64,000 bases of DNA from Nitrospirae bacterium MYbin3 (GCA_002753335.1 PEAD01000007.1:1-64000); one strand, 5' to 3'. Shown: positions 9,497 to 19,274, counted from the first letter of the stretch. Notes: a model not told the origin generated them from the letters alone. Translations and numbers: made by a program.

Positions 9497-10712
9497 CAAA
9501 CGAATATTGGTTGTTGAAGACGAATTCATAACAGCGCAGGATTTGAAATTCGAGCTGGTTAAGCTTGGCTATGAGGTTCCTGACATTGCGGTCAGCGGAG
9601 AAGAAGCCCTGTGCAAAGCCGCTGAATTCAAGCCCGACCTGATCCTTATGGACATTACGCTTGATGGCCCTATGACCGGCATAGACGCGGCTGAGAAAAT
9701 AAGGACGACCCTTAACATACCGACCACCTACCTAACCGCGCATATTGATTCAGCAACTATTGACCAAGCGAAGAAAACAAACCCATACGGTTATCTGCCT
9801 AAACCTTGCACTGCAGACACGCTGAAGACAACAATAGAGATTGCTCTTTATATGAGTGAGGCGGATGCGCAGCGCAGAAAGGCCGAAGCCGCTCTCTGCG
9901 AACTCAATGCAAAGCTGGAGCAGCGTGTCGCTGAAGAGACAGCCTTGAGGCTCGAAAAAGAGCTGCTGCTGATGCAGCAGGCAAAGATGGCGGCCATGGG
10001 CGAGATGATTGGAGCTATCGCGCACCAGTGGAGGCAACCGCTAAATGCGCTGGGGCTGCTTATTCAGGCGACGCAGGATGCGTATGAATTTGGAGAGCTC
10101 AACAAAGAATCCCTCGCAAAGTTTGTGGATGATGGAATGAAGCAGATACGGTTTATGTCAAAAACCATCGACGATTTCAGAAACTTTTTCAAACAGGATA
10201 AACTACCGGTTCTTTTTGATGTAAAGGCGGCTATGGCAGAGGTTCTGGCCCTTATGTCATGGCAGTTGAAGGTCAACAATATCGCTTACAGACTGACCTG
10301 CAAAGAGCACAATCGCACTTTTGAAAATTTTACCGAAATAATGCATTGCTGTGAAATGGCGATGTATGGATTCAAAAATGAACTCGAACAGGTGATTCTA
10401 AATATCATAAGCAATGCAAAGGATGCGCTTGTTCAAAAACATAAGGAAGACAGGAGCCATAATGGCCTTATCAAAATAGAGATCGAAAGGTCTGGAGACA
10501 AGATAATAATTGCTATAAGCGACAACGGCGGCGGGATACCCGAGAATTCTTTGGACAAGATATTTCAGCCTTACTTTACGACAAAGAAAGAGGGTACCGG
10601 CATAGGGCTGTATATGGCTAAGATGATCGTAGAAGGGAATATGGGCGGTTCTATTTCGGCCCACAATAATGGCGGCGGGCCGGAGTTTAAGATAGCGCTT
10701 CCGACTGGTTAG
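9489..10712 (+). CDS. Hybrid receiver-histidine kinase (REC + HisKA-like + HATPase)
   Basis: ILVVEDE..PDLILMD..YLPKP receiver; AHQWRQPL H-box; NAKDA, DNGGG, FTTK..GTGIGL. Confidence 0.9.
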   Translation: MDSKRILVVEDEFITAQDLKFELVKLGYEVPDIAVSGEEALCKAAEFKPDLILMDITLDGPMTGIDAAEKIRTTLNIPTTYLTAHIDSATIDQAKKTNPYGYLPKPCTADTLKTTIEIALYMSEADAQRRKAEAALCELNAKLEQRVAEETALRLEKELLLMQQAKMAAMGEMIGAIAHQWRQPLNALGLLIQATQDAYEFGELNKESLAKFVDDGMKQIRFMSKTIDDFRNFFKQDKLPVLFDVKAAMAEVLALMSWQLKVNNIAYRLTCKEHNRTFENFTEIMHCCEMAMYGFKNELEQVILNIISNAKDALVQKHKEDRSHNGLIKIEIERSGDKIIIAISDNGGGIPENSLDKIFQPYFTTKKEGTGIGLYMAKMIVEGNMGGSISAHNNGGGPEFKIALPTG

Positions 10713-10823
10713 CCGCTTTATAGTTAAAGCAAAAAAAAGCGGTCTTTGTTATATTATCACCATGGCAGCCGCCGAAATTTTTCAACAAACCAAAAACCAA
10801 GACAGCTCTCCGGAGGGCAATTA

Positions 10824-11429
10824 ATGATTAAACGGGCTTTAATAAGCGTGTCTGATAAAAGCGGTGTGGTGGAATTTGCAAGAGAGCTTTCTTCTATGGG
10901 CGTTGAAATACTTTCTACCGGAGGGACCGCTAAAACTCTTCGCGAAGCGGGCGTGCCGGTCATCGAGGTGTCTGATTACACCGGCTTTCCAGAAATGATG
11001 GACGGCAGGCTGAAAACACTGCACCCGAAGATTCATGGAGGTTTGCTTTCAAGAAGAAGCAATCCACAAGACATGGAGGACATAAAGAAACATGGCATTA
11101 ATACGATTGATGCCGTGGTGGTCAACCTCTATCCTTTTGAACAGACTATATCAAAACCGAATGTGACTTTCGATGATGCCATAGAAAATATCGACATAGG
11201 CGGGCCGGCAATGCTAAGGGCAGCCTCAAAAAACTTTCAGGATGTTGCGGTGATTGTTGATCCGGCAGACTACAGCAATATAGCGGAAGAGATAAAAAAT
11301 TCCAACGGAGAGCTGAGCCGTAATACCAAGCTGCGGCTTGCTCAAAAGGTGTTTGCGCATACAGGACGCTACGACTCGCTTATTGCCGGATATCTCGAGA
11401 AGGCAGTGTCAGGGGGGGGCAGCATATGA
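10824..11429 (+). CDS. purH: Stand-alone IMP cyclohydrolase (N-terminal domain of PurH only)
   Basis: [49 protein letters not shown]; ends at ~201 aa with no AICAR transformylase domain; GGAGG upstream. Confidence 0.9.
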   Translation: MIKRALISVSDKSGVVEFARELSSMGVEILSTGGTAKTLREAGVPVIEVSDYTGFPEMMDGRLKTLHPKIHGGLLSRRSNPQDMEDIKKHGINTIDAVVVNLYPFEQTISKPNVTFDDAIENIDIGGPAMLRAASKNFQDVAVIVDPADYSNIAEEIKNSNGELSRNTKLRLAQKVFAHTGRYDSLIAGYLEKAVSGGGSI

Positions 11430-12697
11430 AAGTGTTGGTGGTTGGAAGCGGTGGAAGGGAGCATGCGATAGTCTGGAAGCTCTCGCAGTCAAGACATGTG
11501 GATAAAATTTACTGCACGCCCGGGAATGCCGGCATCGCTGATATTGCGGAATGCATATCGGTTGACACGTCAGACTTCAAGGGGCTTATAGATTTTGTGA
11601 AATACGACTGGATAGACCTTACCTTTGTTGGGCCGGAAGAACCGCTTTCCAGAGGCATTGTGGATGCGTTCGAAAAAGAGGGCAGAAAGATCGTGGGCCC
11701 GACAAAGGATGCGGCGCAGCTCGAATCCAGCAAAGTCTTTTCAAAAGATTTTATGAGACGCTATAAGATTCCGACCGCGGAATACAAGGTTTTTTCATCG
11801 CACCCGCAGGCCGAGGACTATGTACGTATGAAAGGAGCCCCAATAGTTATCAAGGCGGACGGACTTGCCGCAGGCAAAGGGGTTATCGTTGCATCAACAG
11901 TTGACGAGGCTATCAAGGCCATCAGGCTGATAATGAAGGACCGCGCCTTTGGCGATGCCGGAGACAGGATTGTTGTGGAAGAATGTTTGCAGGGAGAAGA
12001 AGCATCTTTCATGGCTTTTACCGATGGGATAACTATTGTGCCTATGGTAAGCTCGCAGGACCACAAGCGGGTTTATGATCAGGACAAGGGGCCAAATACA
12101 GGCGGAATGGGGGCTTACAGCCCTGCTCCGGTTGTAACAAAAGAGCTTGAAGAGTTGGTTATGGAGAAGGTTATGAAACCTACGGTTCTGGGCATGAAGT
12201 CCGAAGGCATAGTTTTTAAAGGGATTTTGTATGCCGGACTGATGATAAAAGATGGTGTGCCCAATGTGCTTGAATTCAACTGCAGACTCGGAGATCCCGA
12301 AACCCAACCTGTATTGATGAGGCTCGACAGCGACTTTTACGAAATATGCGATGCGATAGCCTGCCAGAAGCTTTCTGAAATAAATATTTCTTGGAAAGAT
12401 GAAGCTGCTGTTTGCGTGGTTCTAGCGTCGGGCGGATATCCGGGAAAATACGATAAAGGCAAGATCATTTCGGGGCTGGACGAGGCCGCAAAGGTTGCCG
12501 ACTCTTTTGTTTTTCATGCAGGAACCTCTTTTGAGAATGGGAAAATTGCAACAAACGGAGGCCGCGTGCTTGGCGTAACAGCGACCGGCGCAGATATTGC
12601 TGCCGCTAAAGCTAAGGCTTACGAAGCTGTCAGCAAAATCAGTTTTGAGGGCATGCATTACAGAAAAGACATTGCCGACAGGGCAATCAAAAGGTGA
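11426..12697 (+). CDS. purD: Phosphoribosylamine--glycine ligase
   Basis: [45 protein letters not shown]. Confidence 0.97.
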   Translation: MKVLVVGSGGREHAIVWKLSQSRHVDKIYCTPGNAGIADIAECISVDTSDFKGLIDFVKYDWIDLTFVGPEEPLSRGIVDAFEKEGRKIVGPTKDAAQLESSKVFSKDFMRRYKIPTAEYKVFSSHPQAEDYVRMKGAPIVIKADGLAAGKGVIVASTVDEAIKAIRLIMKDRAFGDAGDRIVVEECLQGEEASFMAFTDGITIVPMVSSQDHKRVYDQDKGPNTGGMGAYSPAPVVTKELEELVMEKVMKPTVLGMKSEGIVFKGILYAGLMIKDGVPNVLEFNCRLGDPETQPVLMRLDSDFYEICDAIACQKLSEINISWKDEAAVCVVLASGGYPGKYDKGKIISGLDEAAKVADSFVFHAGTSFENGKIATNGGRVLGVTATGADIAAAKAKAYEAVSKISFEGMHYRKDIADRAIKR

Positions 12698-13551
12698 ATG
12701 TACATCTCGACTGCTTCCCCTGCTTTCTAAAGCAGACACTTATTGCTGCAAGGCTTGGAACCGATGACCTAATAATGCAGGAGCGGCTGGTAAAGGGAGT
12801 CCTCGACGAGATAGGGGCTACCGACATGAACCGCCCTCCCGCTTATTCGACAACCTTCCTGCATAGAAAGATTAGGGATATTTTGGGGAAAGACCCATTT
12901 AAAGACAACAAATCCGAATATAATCAAAAGGCGCTGAAGCTGTATCCCGCACTAAAAAAAATGGTGCATGATAGCAAAGACCCTCTGTGGACAGCAGCGA
13001 GGCTTGCGATAGCCGGAAACATAATAGATTTTGGCATATACAGCTCGATTGATATCGAAGGCACCGTGAAAAGGGCTCTAGAAACCCCGCTTGCGGTTGA
13101 CAATTACGCTGAACTCCGCAAAACACTTAACGAAGCTGATGAAGTTCTATATCTCCTGGACAATGCAGGGGAGATAGTATTCGACAGGATACTTATAGAG
13201 CAGCTGAAAGACAACGGCATAAAAACCAAGGCGGTAGCAAAGGGGATGCCGGTGCTTAATGATGCCACCCTTTATGATGCTAAAGAGGTTGGGCTGACCG
13301 ATGTATGTGAGGTGATAGACAACGGCTCCGACTGCATCGGCACTATTTTGGATATGACACCTGAGACTTTTAGAGATGAGTTCGAAAATGCGCGGCTTGT
13401 GATAAGCAAAGGACAGGGAAACTTCGAGACGCTTTATTCTCCTGGCAAATCTGCCTCAAAAAACAAACAAATATTTTTTCTTCTTCAATCAAAATGCGAG
13501 GTTGTATCAAGAGAGCTCGGTTATGAAAAAGGGGCTATGTTGCTTATTTAA
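12694..13551 (+). CDS. DUF89/ARMT1-like damage-control phosphatase
   Basis: N-terminal CxxC, AIAGNIIDFG, DNAGEIVFD, ISKGQGNFETL. Confidence 0.85.
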   Translation: MNVHLDCFPCFLKQTLIAARLGTDDLIMQERLVKGVLDEIGATDMNRPPAYSTTFLHRKIRDILGKDPFKDNKSEYNQKALKLYPALKKMVHDSKDPLWTAARLAIAGNIIDFGIYSSIDIEGTVKRALETPLAVDNYAELRKTLNEADEVLYLLDNAGEIVFDRILIEQLKDNGIKTKAVAKGMPVLNDATLYDAKEVGLTDVCEVIDNGSDCIGTILDMTPETFRDEFENARLVISKGQGNFETLYSPGKSASKNKQIFFLLQSKCEVVSRELGYEKGAMLLI

Positions 13552-13576
13552 GCAGCATAGCACAATCCAGGTGTTC

Positions 13577-14146
13577 ATGATGAATTTTTTACAGCGTCTA
13601 TTTAAAAAGAAACCTTCAGAACGGATTGAAAAGAAGTTTGTGGAGCGTCCACCTGACTGGAGCCTTAAAATTTCTGATCTTATGGAAGAGATGAAGGCAG
13701 GCAAGCGCAAATCGATTTCTGGTCAAGAGATTGATTGGGCAAGAGAATATGAACGCAGCTTAATACCTCAAGGCTATAGATTCCCACAAAAAGGCGACCT
13801 GTATGAAGCCTTAAAAGATATGACTGTAGATTATATTACGGCGTGGTCTGCGCCTTATTCGGGCGGCGGCGAGACTAGCCTGATGATAGGGGAGCAGGTA
13901 TGGATAGATGCAGAAATAAAAGAGCCCAATCCTATTGGAGCCTATGCGCTGCCGGTTAAATATGAGCAGATGGAACAAAGAATTGTGGCAAAAGAAGAAA
14001 GAGAAAGTCCGAAATATGGCGGCTTTCATTTTTATCTAACTACCGTAGAATTGAACGAAAACTTTAAACTGCTGCAGACCGGTTATAAAAAGTGGCAAAA
14101 CGTATTGAATCTAACCGACGCAGGCAGAAGCAGGCGTATATCTTGA
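13577..14146 (+). CDS. Hypothetical protein
   Basis: ~189-aa ORF with AGGTG RBS; no recognised motif. Confidence 0.65.
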   Translation: MMNFLQRLFKKKPSERIEKKFVERPPDWSLKISDLMEEMKAGKRKSISGQEIDWAREYERSLIPQGYRFPQKGDLYEALKDMTVDYITAWSAPYSGGGETSLMIGEQVWIDAEIKEPNPIGAYALPVKYEQMEQRIVAKEERESPKYGGFHFYLTTVELNENFKLLQTGYKKWQNVLNLTDAGRSRRIS

Positions 14147-14236
14147 ATGCATGTTATCCCCTTTGTATCCCATTGTTTTTCTGTTTTAAGCGGACGAATA
14201 TTCCTTAAAACTCAAAGGCATTCTCCAAATTTCCCC

Positions 14237-14266
14237 TTGACAACCTGGTTTGCTACCTGCTAAACT
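14237..14266 (+). promoter_or_regulatory. Putative sigma70 promoter of rpsU operon
   Basis: TTGACA-N18-TAAACT with TGn extension, upstream of rpsU. Confidence 0.6.
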
Positions 14267-14305
14267 GTCAAATCCTATAAAGAGAGAGAGGGGTGATAAA
14301 CAGGT

Positions 14306-14512
14306 ATGCCCTCTGTTAAAGTAAAAGATTCAGAGTCATTCGAGTCGGCTCTCAAGCACTTTAAAAAGCAGTGCGAGAGAGAAGGCATCTTGTCCGAGAT
14401 AAAAAAAAGGGAGCATTACGACAAGCCGAGCATTAAGAAGAAAAAGAAGATAATTGCTGCACGCAAAAAGGCCGTAAAAAGATCCAGACCCGCACCGAAA
14501 CCAGCGAAATAA
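14306..14512 (+). CDS. rpsU: 30S ribosomal protein S21
   Basis: [29 protein letters not shown]. Confidence 0.93.
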   Translation: MPSVKVKDSESFESALKHFKKQCEREGILSEIKKREHYDKPSIKKKKKIIAARKKAVKRSRPAPKPAK

Positions 14513-14514
14513 AG

Positions 14515-14548
14515 AAACCGGCCTTAAAAAGGCCGGTTTTAATTTTTT
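14515..14548 (+). terminator. Intrinsic terminator after rpsU
   Basis: AAACCGGCCTT-AAA-AAGGCCGGTTT followed by T-rich tract. Confidence 0.75.
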
Positions 14549-14560
14549 AATAAACATCCA

Positions 14561-15016
14561 ATGGAAGATATTTTTCAAAAAATAGACCAAGATCTCAAAG
14601 AAGCGATGAAGGCAAGGGCTGAAGTCAGGCTTTCTGCTATCAGAATGATTAAAGCTGCGCTCAAGAACAGGTCAATAGAGAAGATGGGGCAGCTTTCTGC
14701 GGATGAAGTTATCAGTGCGCTTTCCTCTCTTGCAAAGCAGCGCAGGGAGTCGATAGAGCAATTTCTGGCTGCAGGAAGAACAGAGCTTGCGGACAAGGAA
14801 AAGCAGGAACTTGAAGTTCTTCAGGAGTATCTCCCAAAACAGCTTTCTGCTGAAGAGATTGATGAAATAATAAAGGCGGCCATTGCAGAATGTGGAGCTG
14901 TATCCCCAGCCGATATAGGCAAAGTAATGAAAATCGTTTCTCCAAAAACCAAGGGCATGGCTGACGGCAAAGCGGTCAACCAGAGAGTGAAAGAACTCAT
15001 TACGCCCGCTTCTTAA
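14561..15016 (+). CDS. yqeY: GatB/YqeY domain protein
   Basis: LKEAMKA..KQRRESIEQF..YLPKQLS..GKVMK..ADGK; follows rpsU. Confidence 0.9.
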   Translation: MEDIFQKIDQDLKEAMKARAEVRLSAIRMIKAALKNRSIEKMGQLSADEVISALSSLAKQRRESIEQFLAAGRTELADKEKQELEVLQEYLPKQLSAEEIDEIIKAAIAECGAVSPADIGKVMKIVSPKTKGMADGKAVNQRVKELITPAS

Positions 15017-15038
15017 TCTCAGTAATGCATTACAGAAA

Positions 15039-15169
15039 ACCACAGAGCGCTCAGAGAAAAAGCTATACAAAAGAGTTCACAGAGTTTTTTTATGGCACAT
15101 TTTTGGTGTCTTCTCTGTGAGTGTTATTCTGTTTTAAAAATATTTTATTATCTCTGTGACCTCTGTGGT
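15039..15169. repeat. Nested inverted-repeat (REP/MITE-like) element built from CACAGAG/CTCTGTG units
   Basis: Outer arms ACCACAGAGcgctCAGAGA (15039-15057) and TCTCTGtgacCTCTGTGGT (15151-15169); inner arms TCACAGAG (15077-15084) and CTCTGTGA (15113-15120). Confidence 0.75.
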
Positions 15170-15222
15170 AAAAGCTTTTAAAGGTTTAGATATTCCCTAA
15201 AATAAATTGTGAGGTAACCGGA

Positions 15223-16179
15223 ATGAAACTGTCAGAATTTTACAGAAAGGCGTTGTCGGCCGCAATCGAAAATGACCCGCGCGGAAAAGAGTTTGTTGAA
15301 CAGGAGCTCGCAAGAAAGAAAAAAGATTTTGAAAAGCTTACGGGAGAGGAAAAAGAAAATTTCGATCCGGAAAGTCTTTTAAATCCATATGCTGATTCTA
15401 AAATGCTCTATGGAACCGGCGACGAGGAGATAAAAAGAGTCCTTGTGGGCATCGATATTGATGTGTCTGAACTTTTGCTTGCCGAAAGCCTGAGAGCCAA
15501 AGGCCGCAGTGTTGATCTTGTGCTTGCCCATCATCCCGAAGGCAGGGCTTATGCGAACCTTTATAATGTGATGAATATGCAGGCCGATATTCTGCATCGT
15601 TTCGGAGTGCCGATAAATACGGCAGAAGCTCTCATGGAATCGCGCGTAAAGGAAGTTGAAAGAAAGCTTATGCCCGCAAACCACTCAAAAACTGTGGATG
15701 CAGCAAGGCTTCTTAACATCCCGCTTATCTGCCTGCACACTATGGCTGACAACATGGTGGCAACATTCCTTCAGCAGAATTTTGAGGATAAGAAGCCTTA
15801 TACGTTAGATGACGTAATAACCATGCTTAACGAAATTCCGGAATATAAAGTCGCAAAAAAAGAGAGTTTCGGGCCGCGCATTCTTATCGGATCAAAGAAC
15901 AGAAAAGCCGGAAAAATATTTGTTGATATGACCGGAGGAACAGAGGGCTCCAAAGAGATTTTCTCAAGCCTTTCGTTAAGCGGAATAAACACCATAGTAG
16001 GCATGCACCTTAGTGAAGATCATCGCAAAGAAGCCGAGAAAAATAACATAAATGTGGTTATCGCCGGACATATAGCGAGCGATAATTTAGGCCTGAACCT
16101 TCTCTTCGACCAGATTTCGAAAGGCGATGAAATCGAGTTTCTCGAGTGTTCAGGGTTCAGAAGGGTCAGCAGAACATAG
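15223..16179 (+). CDS. NIF3-like (NGG1p-interacting factor) dinuclear metal protein
   Basis: VLVGID, LAHHPEG, CLHTMADN, GHIASDNLG. Confidence 0.8.
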   Translation: MKLSEFYRKALSAAIENDPRGKEFVEQELARKKKDFEKLTGEEKENFDPESLLNPYADSKMLYGTGDEEIKRVLVGIDIDVSELLLAESLRAKGRSVDLVLAHHPEGRAYANLYNVMNMQADILHRFGVPINTAEALMESRVKEVERKLMPANHSKTVDAARLLNIPLICLHTMADNMVATFLQQNFEDKKPYTLDDVITMLNEIPEYKVAKKESFGPRILIGSKNRKAGKIFVDMTGGTEGSKEIFSSLSLSGINTIVGMHLSEDHRKEAEKNNINVVIAGHIASDNLGLNLLFDQISKGDEIEFLECSGFRRVSRT

Positions 16180-16194
16180 CCTGACTCACAAACC

Positions 16195-17943
16195 GTGAAG
16201 TCTGACAACCTAGTTGAAGACATCAAGGCAAGGCTCGATATAGTCGAGCTTATCTCCGAACATGTCGAACTGAAACGTTCAGGCAGCAACTTCAAGGGGC
16301 TTTGCCCGTTTCATGCCGAAAAGACCCCGTCATTCATGGTAAGCCCCGCAAAGCAGATATTCCATTGTTTTGGCTGCAGCAAAGGCGGTGATATATTTGG
16401 CTTTACCATGGGCTACGAAAATATGGATTTTTCAGAAACGCTCTCTTTTCTTGCTGATAAGGCCGGTCTTAATATCGATGAATACAGAGGTGCGAAAACA
16501 GACAAAGGCATAAAAGAAAATGTTTTGGCTGCTCAGGTTGAGGCTTTAAATTTTTTCAGACAAAACCTGTCAAAGTCGAAACAGGCAAAAAAATATCTTG
16601 AAGACAGAGGTGTTTCGGAAGAGACTGCTGCAGTATTTTCTCTTGGCTACACAATATCTGACAGGGATGCGCTTTATAAGAAGCTCAAAGCCAAGGGACT
16701 GTCGGATGCGCATATAAAAGCATCGGGGCTTGTGAACTTCGGAGAAAGGGGCCCGTACGATTTTTTTCGTGACCGCTTAATGTTTCCCATATTTGATCTG
16801 CAGGGTAAGCCGATAGCATTCGGAGGCAGAACATTTTCATCATCAAAGGAAATACCTAAATACATAAACTCTCCTGACAGTCCGGTGTTCAGAAAAGGCG
16901 AGACCTGCTTTTCTCTAGACAAGGCAAAGTCTGCTATTGTGCAGAAGAAATATTCGGTGATAGTCGAAGGGTACTTGGACGCGATAATGTGCCATCAGCA
17001 CGGGATTGCAAATGTTGTTGCGCCTCTCGGTACGGCGCTTACGGCAGGACAGGTGAAAAGACTCAAACGGTTTGCCGAGAAAGTGGTGCTTGTGTTTGAC
17101 GGCGATTCCGCAGGCATTTCGGCCACCAAGAGGGCTTTGTCAGTAGTTTTCGGCGAAGGCCTGCAGGCTAAAGTGCTTATTCTGCCGGAAGGCGAAGATC
17201 CTGATTCTTACCTAAAGAAGCACGGGGCAGAAAAGTTCAGGAAGCTCATGGCCGGAGCGCTGTCACCGGTAAATTTCCTGCTGAAATATTCCGGCAGCAA
17301 CAGACTTGATGCGGTTCGGCTTGCCATACAGTCGATCGCTGCATGTGCTGATTCTTTGCAGCGTGATGAACTGGTTAGAGAACTGGGTGAACGATCTGGG
17401 GTAAGCGAACTTACCCTCAGACAAGAACTAAAAACAACCGTACAAAAAACATTTAAGAACTCGGGGCAAAATCGGAATTCCGGCAGAAACGAAACCCATA
17501 TTCGGGCAGACCAGACAAATAAAGAGGAGCTGCTGCTTTTAAATATCATGCTTACGATGCCCGAGAAAGCTTATGATATACTGCATGGCATTGAAGGCGG
17601 CTTTATCGAAAATACGGTCATAAGGGCAATATTTGATAAGGCCGCAAAATTTATCAAAAACAAATCACAGTCCGCTAATCTAACAAATGCACTTCTTGAT
17701 GTTTGCAGCGATGATGAGCGCGTAATGATAACCAAACACTCTATCTCTCATGAATGCGACATTGAGCATGCAGATACAGCCATAGAGGATTGCATTTCGA
17801 AAATAAAGCTTCGTGAAATAGAAAAGAAGATAAAAGAAGCGGAGCTCAAGGCCAATGAAACAGGAGATTTAAAGGAGCTGAGTCTGCTGCTTACCGAAAA
17901 AAATGAGTTTAACAATAAGCGGATGCTTAGAGGCCAGGGATAA
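16195..17943 (+). CDS. dnaG: DNA primase
   Basis: CPFHAEKTPSF..CFGC zinc finger, KYINSP, VEGYLD, FDGDSAG TOPRIM. Confidence 0.97.
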   Translation: MKSDNLVEDIKARLDIVELISEHVELKRSGSNFKGLCPFHAEKTPSFMVSPAKQIFHCFGCSKGGDIFGFTMGYENMDFSETLSFLADKAGLNIDEYRGAKTDKGIKENVLAAQVEALNFFRQNLSKSKQAKKYLEDRGVSEETAAVFSLGYTISDRDALYKKLKAKGLSDAHIKASGLVNFGERGPYDFFRDRLMFPIFDLQGKPIAFGGRTFSSSKEIPKYINSPDSPVFRKGETCFSLDKAKSAIVQKKYSVIVEGYLDAIMCHQHGIANVVAPLGTALTAGQVKRLKRFAEKVVLVFDGDSAGISATKRALSVVFGEGLQAKVLILPEGEDPDSYLKKHGAEKFRKLMAGALSPVNFLLKYSGSNRLDAVRLAIQSIAACADSLQRDELVRELGERSGVSELTLRQELKTTVQKTFKNSGQNRNSGRNETHIRADQTNKEELLLLNIMLTMPEKAYDILHGIEGGFIENTVIRAIFDKAAKFIKNKSQSANLTNALLDVCSDDERVMITKHSISHECDIEHADTAIEDCISKIKLREIEKKIKEAELKANETGDLKELSLLLTEKNEFNNKRMLRGQG

Positions 17944-17969
17944 GAGTTCAAGCCTATCCTAAGACTTCT

Positions 17970-19274
17970 ATGCGCCTAATCGCAATCCAATCACTCATAA
18001 AAATCTTCACCCATCCGGCAAAGCCAAAAGATGTTTTTGATAACATTTTTAACGGGCTTGAGGTCCGTGACCGTGCATTTATTATGGAGCTTGTTTATGG
18101 TGTGCTCAGGCACGCTATCTATATAGACTGGCTGCTGGAGCCTTTTATTAAAACGCCTGCAAAGGTCGCTCCTTTCACGCGGAATAATCTGCGGGCAGCG
18201 ATTTATCAGCTGATGTTTATGCGTGTGCCTGACTGGGCAGCGGTAAATGAAGCGGTTGAGGCAGAAAAAATCAACAGCCAGAAAGCGCCATTTGTGAATG
18301 CGGTGCTTAGAAATTTCTTGAGAAGTGCTTATAAAGATCGGCAAATTCCTGAAGATAGTATTGTTAAACAAATTTCTATAAAAACCTCACATCCGGAATG
18401 GCTGATAAAAAAATGGATTGAACGTTTCGGAGCCGATGAAGCAGCGGCCCTTGCCGAAGCAAATAATCAGATCCCGCCTATTGTGCTGCGGGTGGTTGAT
18501 CAGGCAAAGAAAGAAAATATTTTAAGACTTCTTTCAGAAAAAGGTGTTAATGCGCAACTGACGAAATACTCTCCGTATGGCATTATGCTGGATGCTTGTC
18601 CCCCTGATATTTATACCGAACTTCTTTTGCTCGGCGCTTTTATTCAGGACGAGGCGTCGCAGCTTGTTGCACAACTTCTCAACCCTCTGCCCGGAGAAAA
18701 AATACTCGATGCCTGCGCTGCACCGGGCGGTAAAGCCACGCATATAGCGCAGCTTATAAAAGACAGCGGTGAAGTTGTTGCAATAGAATCAGACAGCAGA
18801 AGGATTCCACAGTTAAAAGAAAATATCGCGAGGCTTTCCCTAAAATCCATAAAAATAACAAACACCGATGTTTCGGCGCCCGGCAAAGACATTGGCTCTG
18901 ATTTTGACAGGATACTTTTGGATGCTCCCTGCTCCAGTCTCGGTGTTATACGGAGAAACCCTGACGTGAAATACAGGCATTCCGAAAAAAGCCTTGCAGC
19001 TTTTCACGAAAAACAGTATGCGCTTTTGTGCTCGGTTTCAACTATGCTGAGAAAAGGCGGCACACTCGTATATTCCGTCTGCTCTACTGAGCCTGAAGAG
19101 GGGGAAAAGGTTGTCGAACGCTTTTTACACAAATGCCCTGAGTTTAGTATCATAAGAGCGGTTCAGCCATTTTTTTGTGCTTTTGAAACAAGCAGCGGAT
19201 TTTATTACAGAACTTATTCCCACAGGCATGGGCTGGACGGGTTCTTTGCAACAATGCTGATAAAAAACTTATGA
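17970..19274 (+). CDS. rsmB: 16S rRNA m5C967 methyltransferase
   Basis: NusB-like N-terminus, QDEASQ, DACAAPGGK, DAPCS, YSVCS. Confidence 0.92.
   Translation: MRLIAIQSLIKIFTHPAKPKDVFDNIFNGLEVRDRAFIMELVYGVLRHAIYIDWLLEPFIKTPAKVAPFTRNNLRAAIYQLMFMRVPDWAAVNEAVEAEKINSQKAPFVNAVLRNFLRSAYKDRQIPEDSIVKQISIKTSHPEWLIKKWIERFGADEAAALAEANNQIPPIVLRVVDQAKKENILRLLSEKGVNAQLTKYSPYGIMLDACPPDIYTELLLLGAFIQDEASQLVAQLLNPLPGEKILDACAAPGGKATHIAQLIKDSGEVVAIESDSRRIPQLKENIARLSLKSIKITNTDVSAPGKDIGSDFDRILLDAPCSSLGVIRRNPDVKYRHSEKSLAAFHEKQYALLCSVSTMLRKGGTLVYSVCSTEPEEGEKVVERFLHKCPEFSIIRAVQPFFCAFETSSGFYYRTYSHRHGLDGFFATMLIKNL

Noticed and set aside
10712..10823. Possible ZMP/ZTP or purine riboswitch upstream of purH
   Set aside because: Hallmark conserved segments are not visible and the region is short
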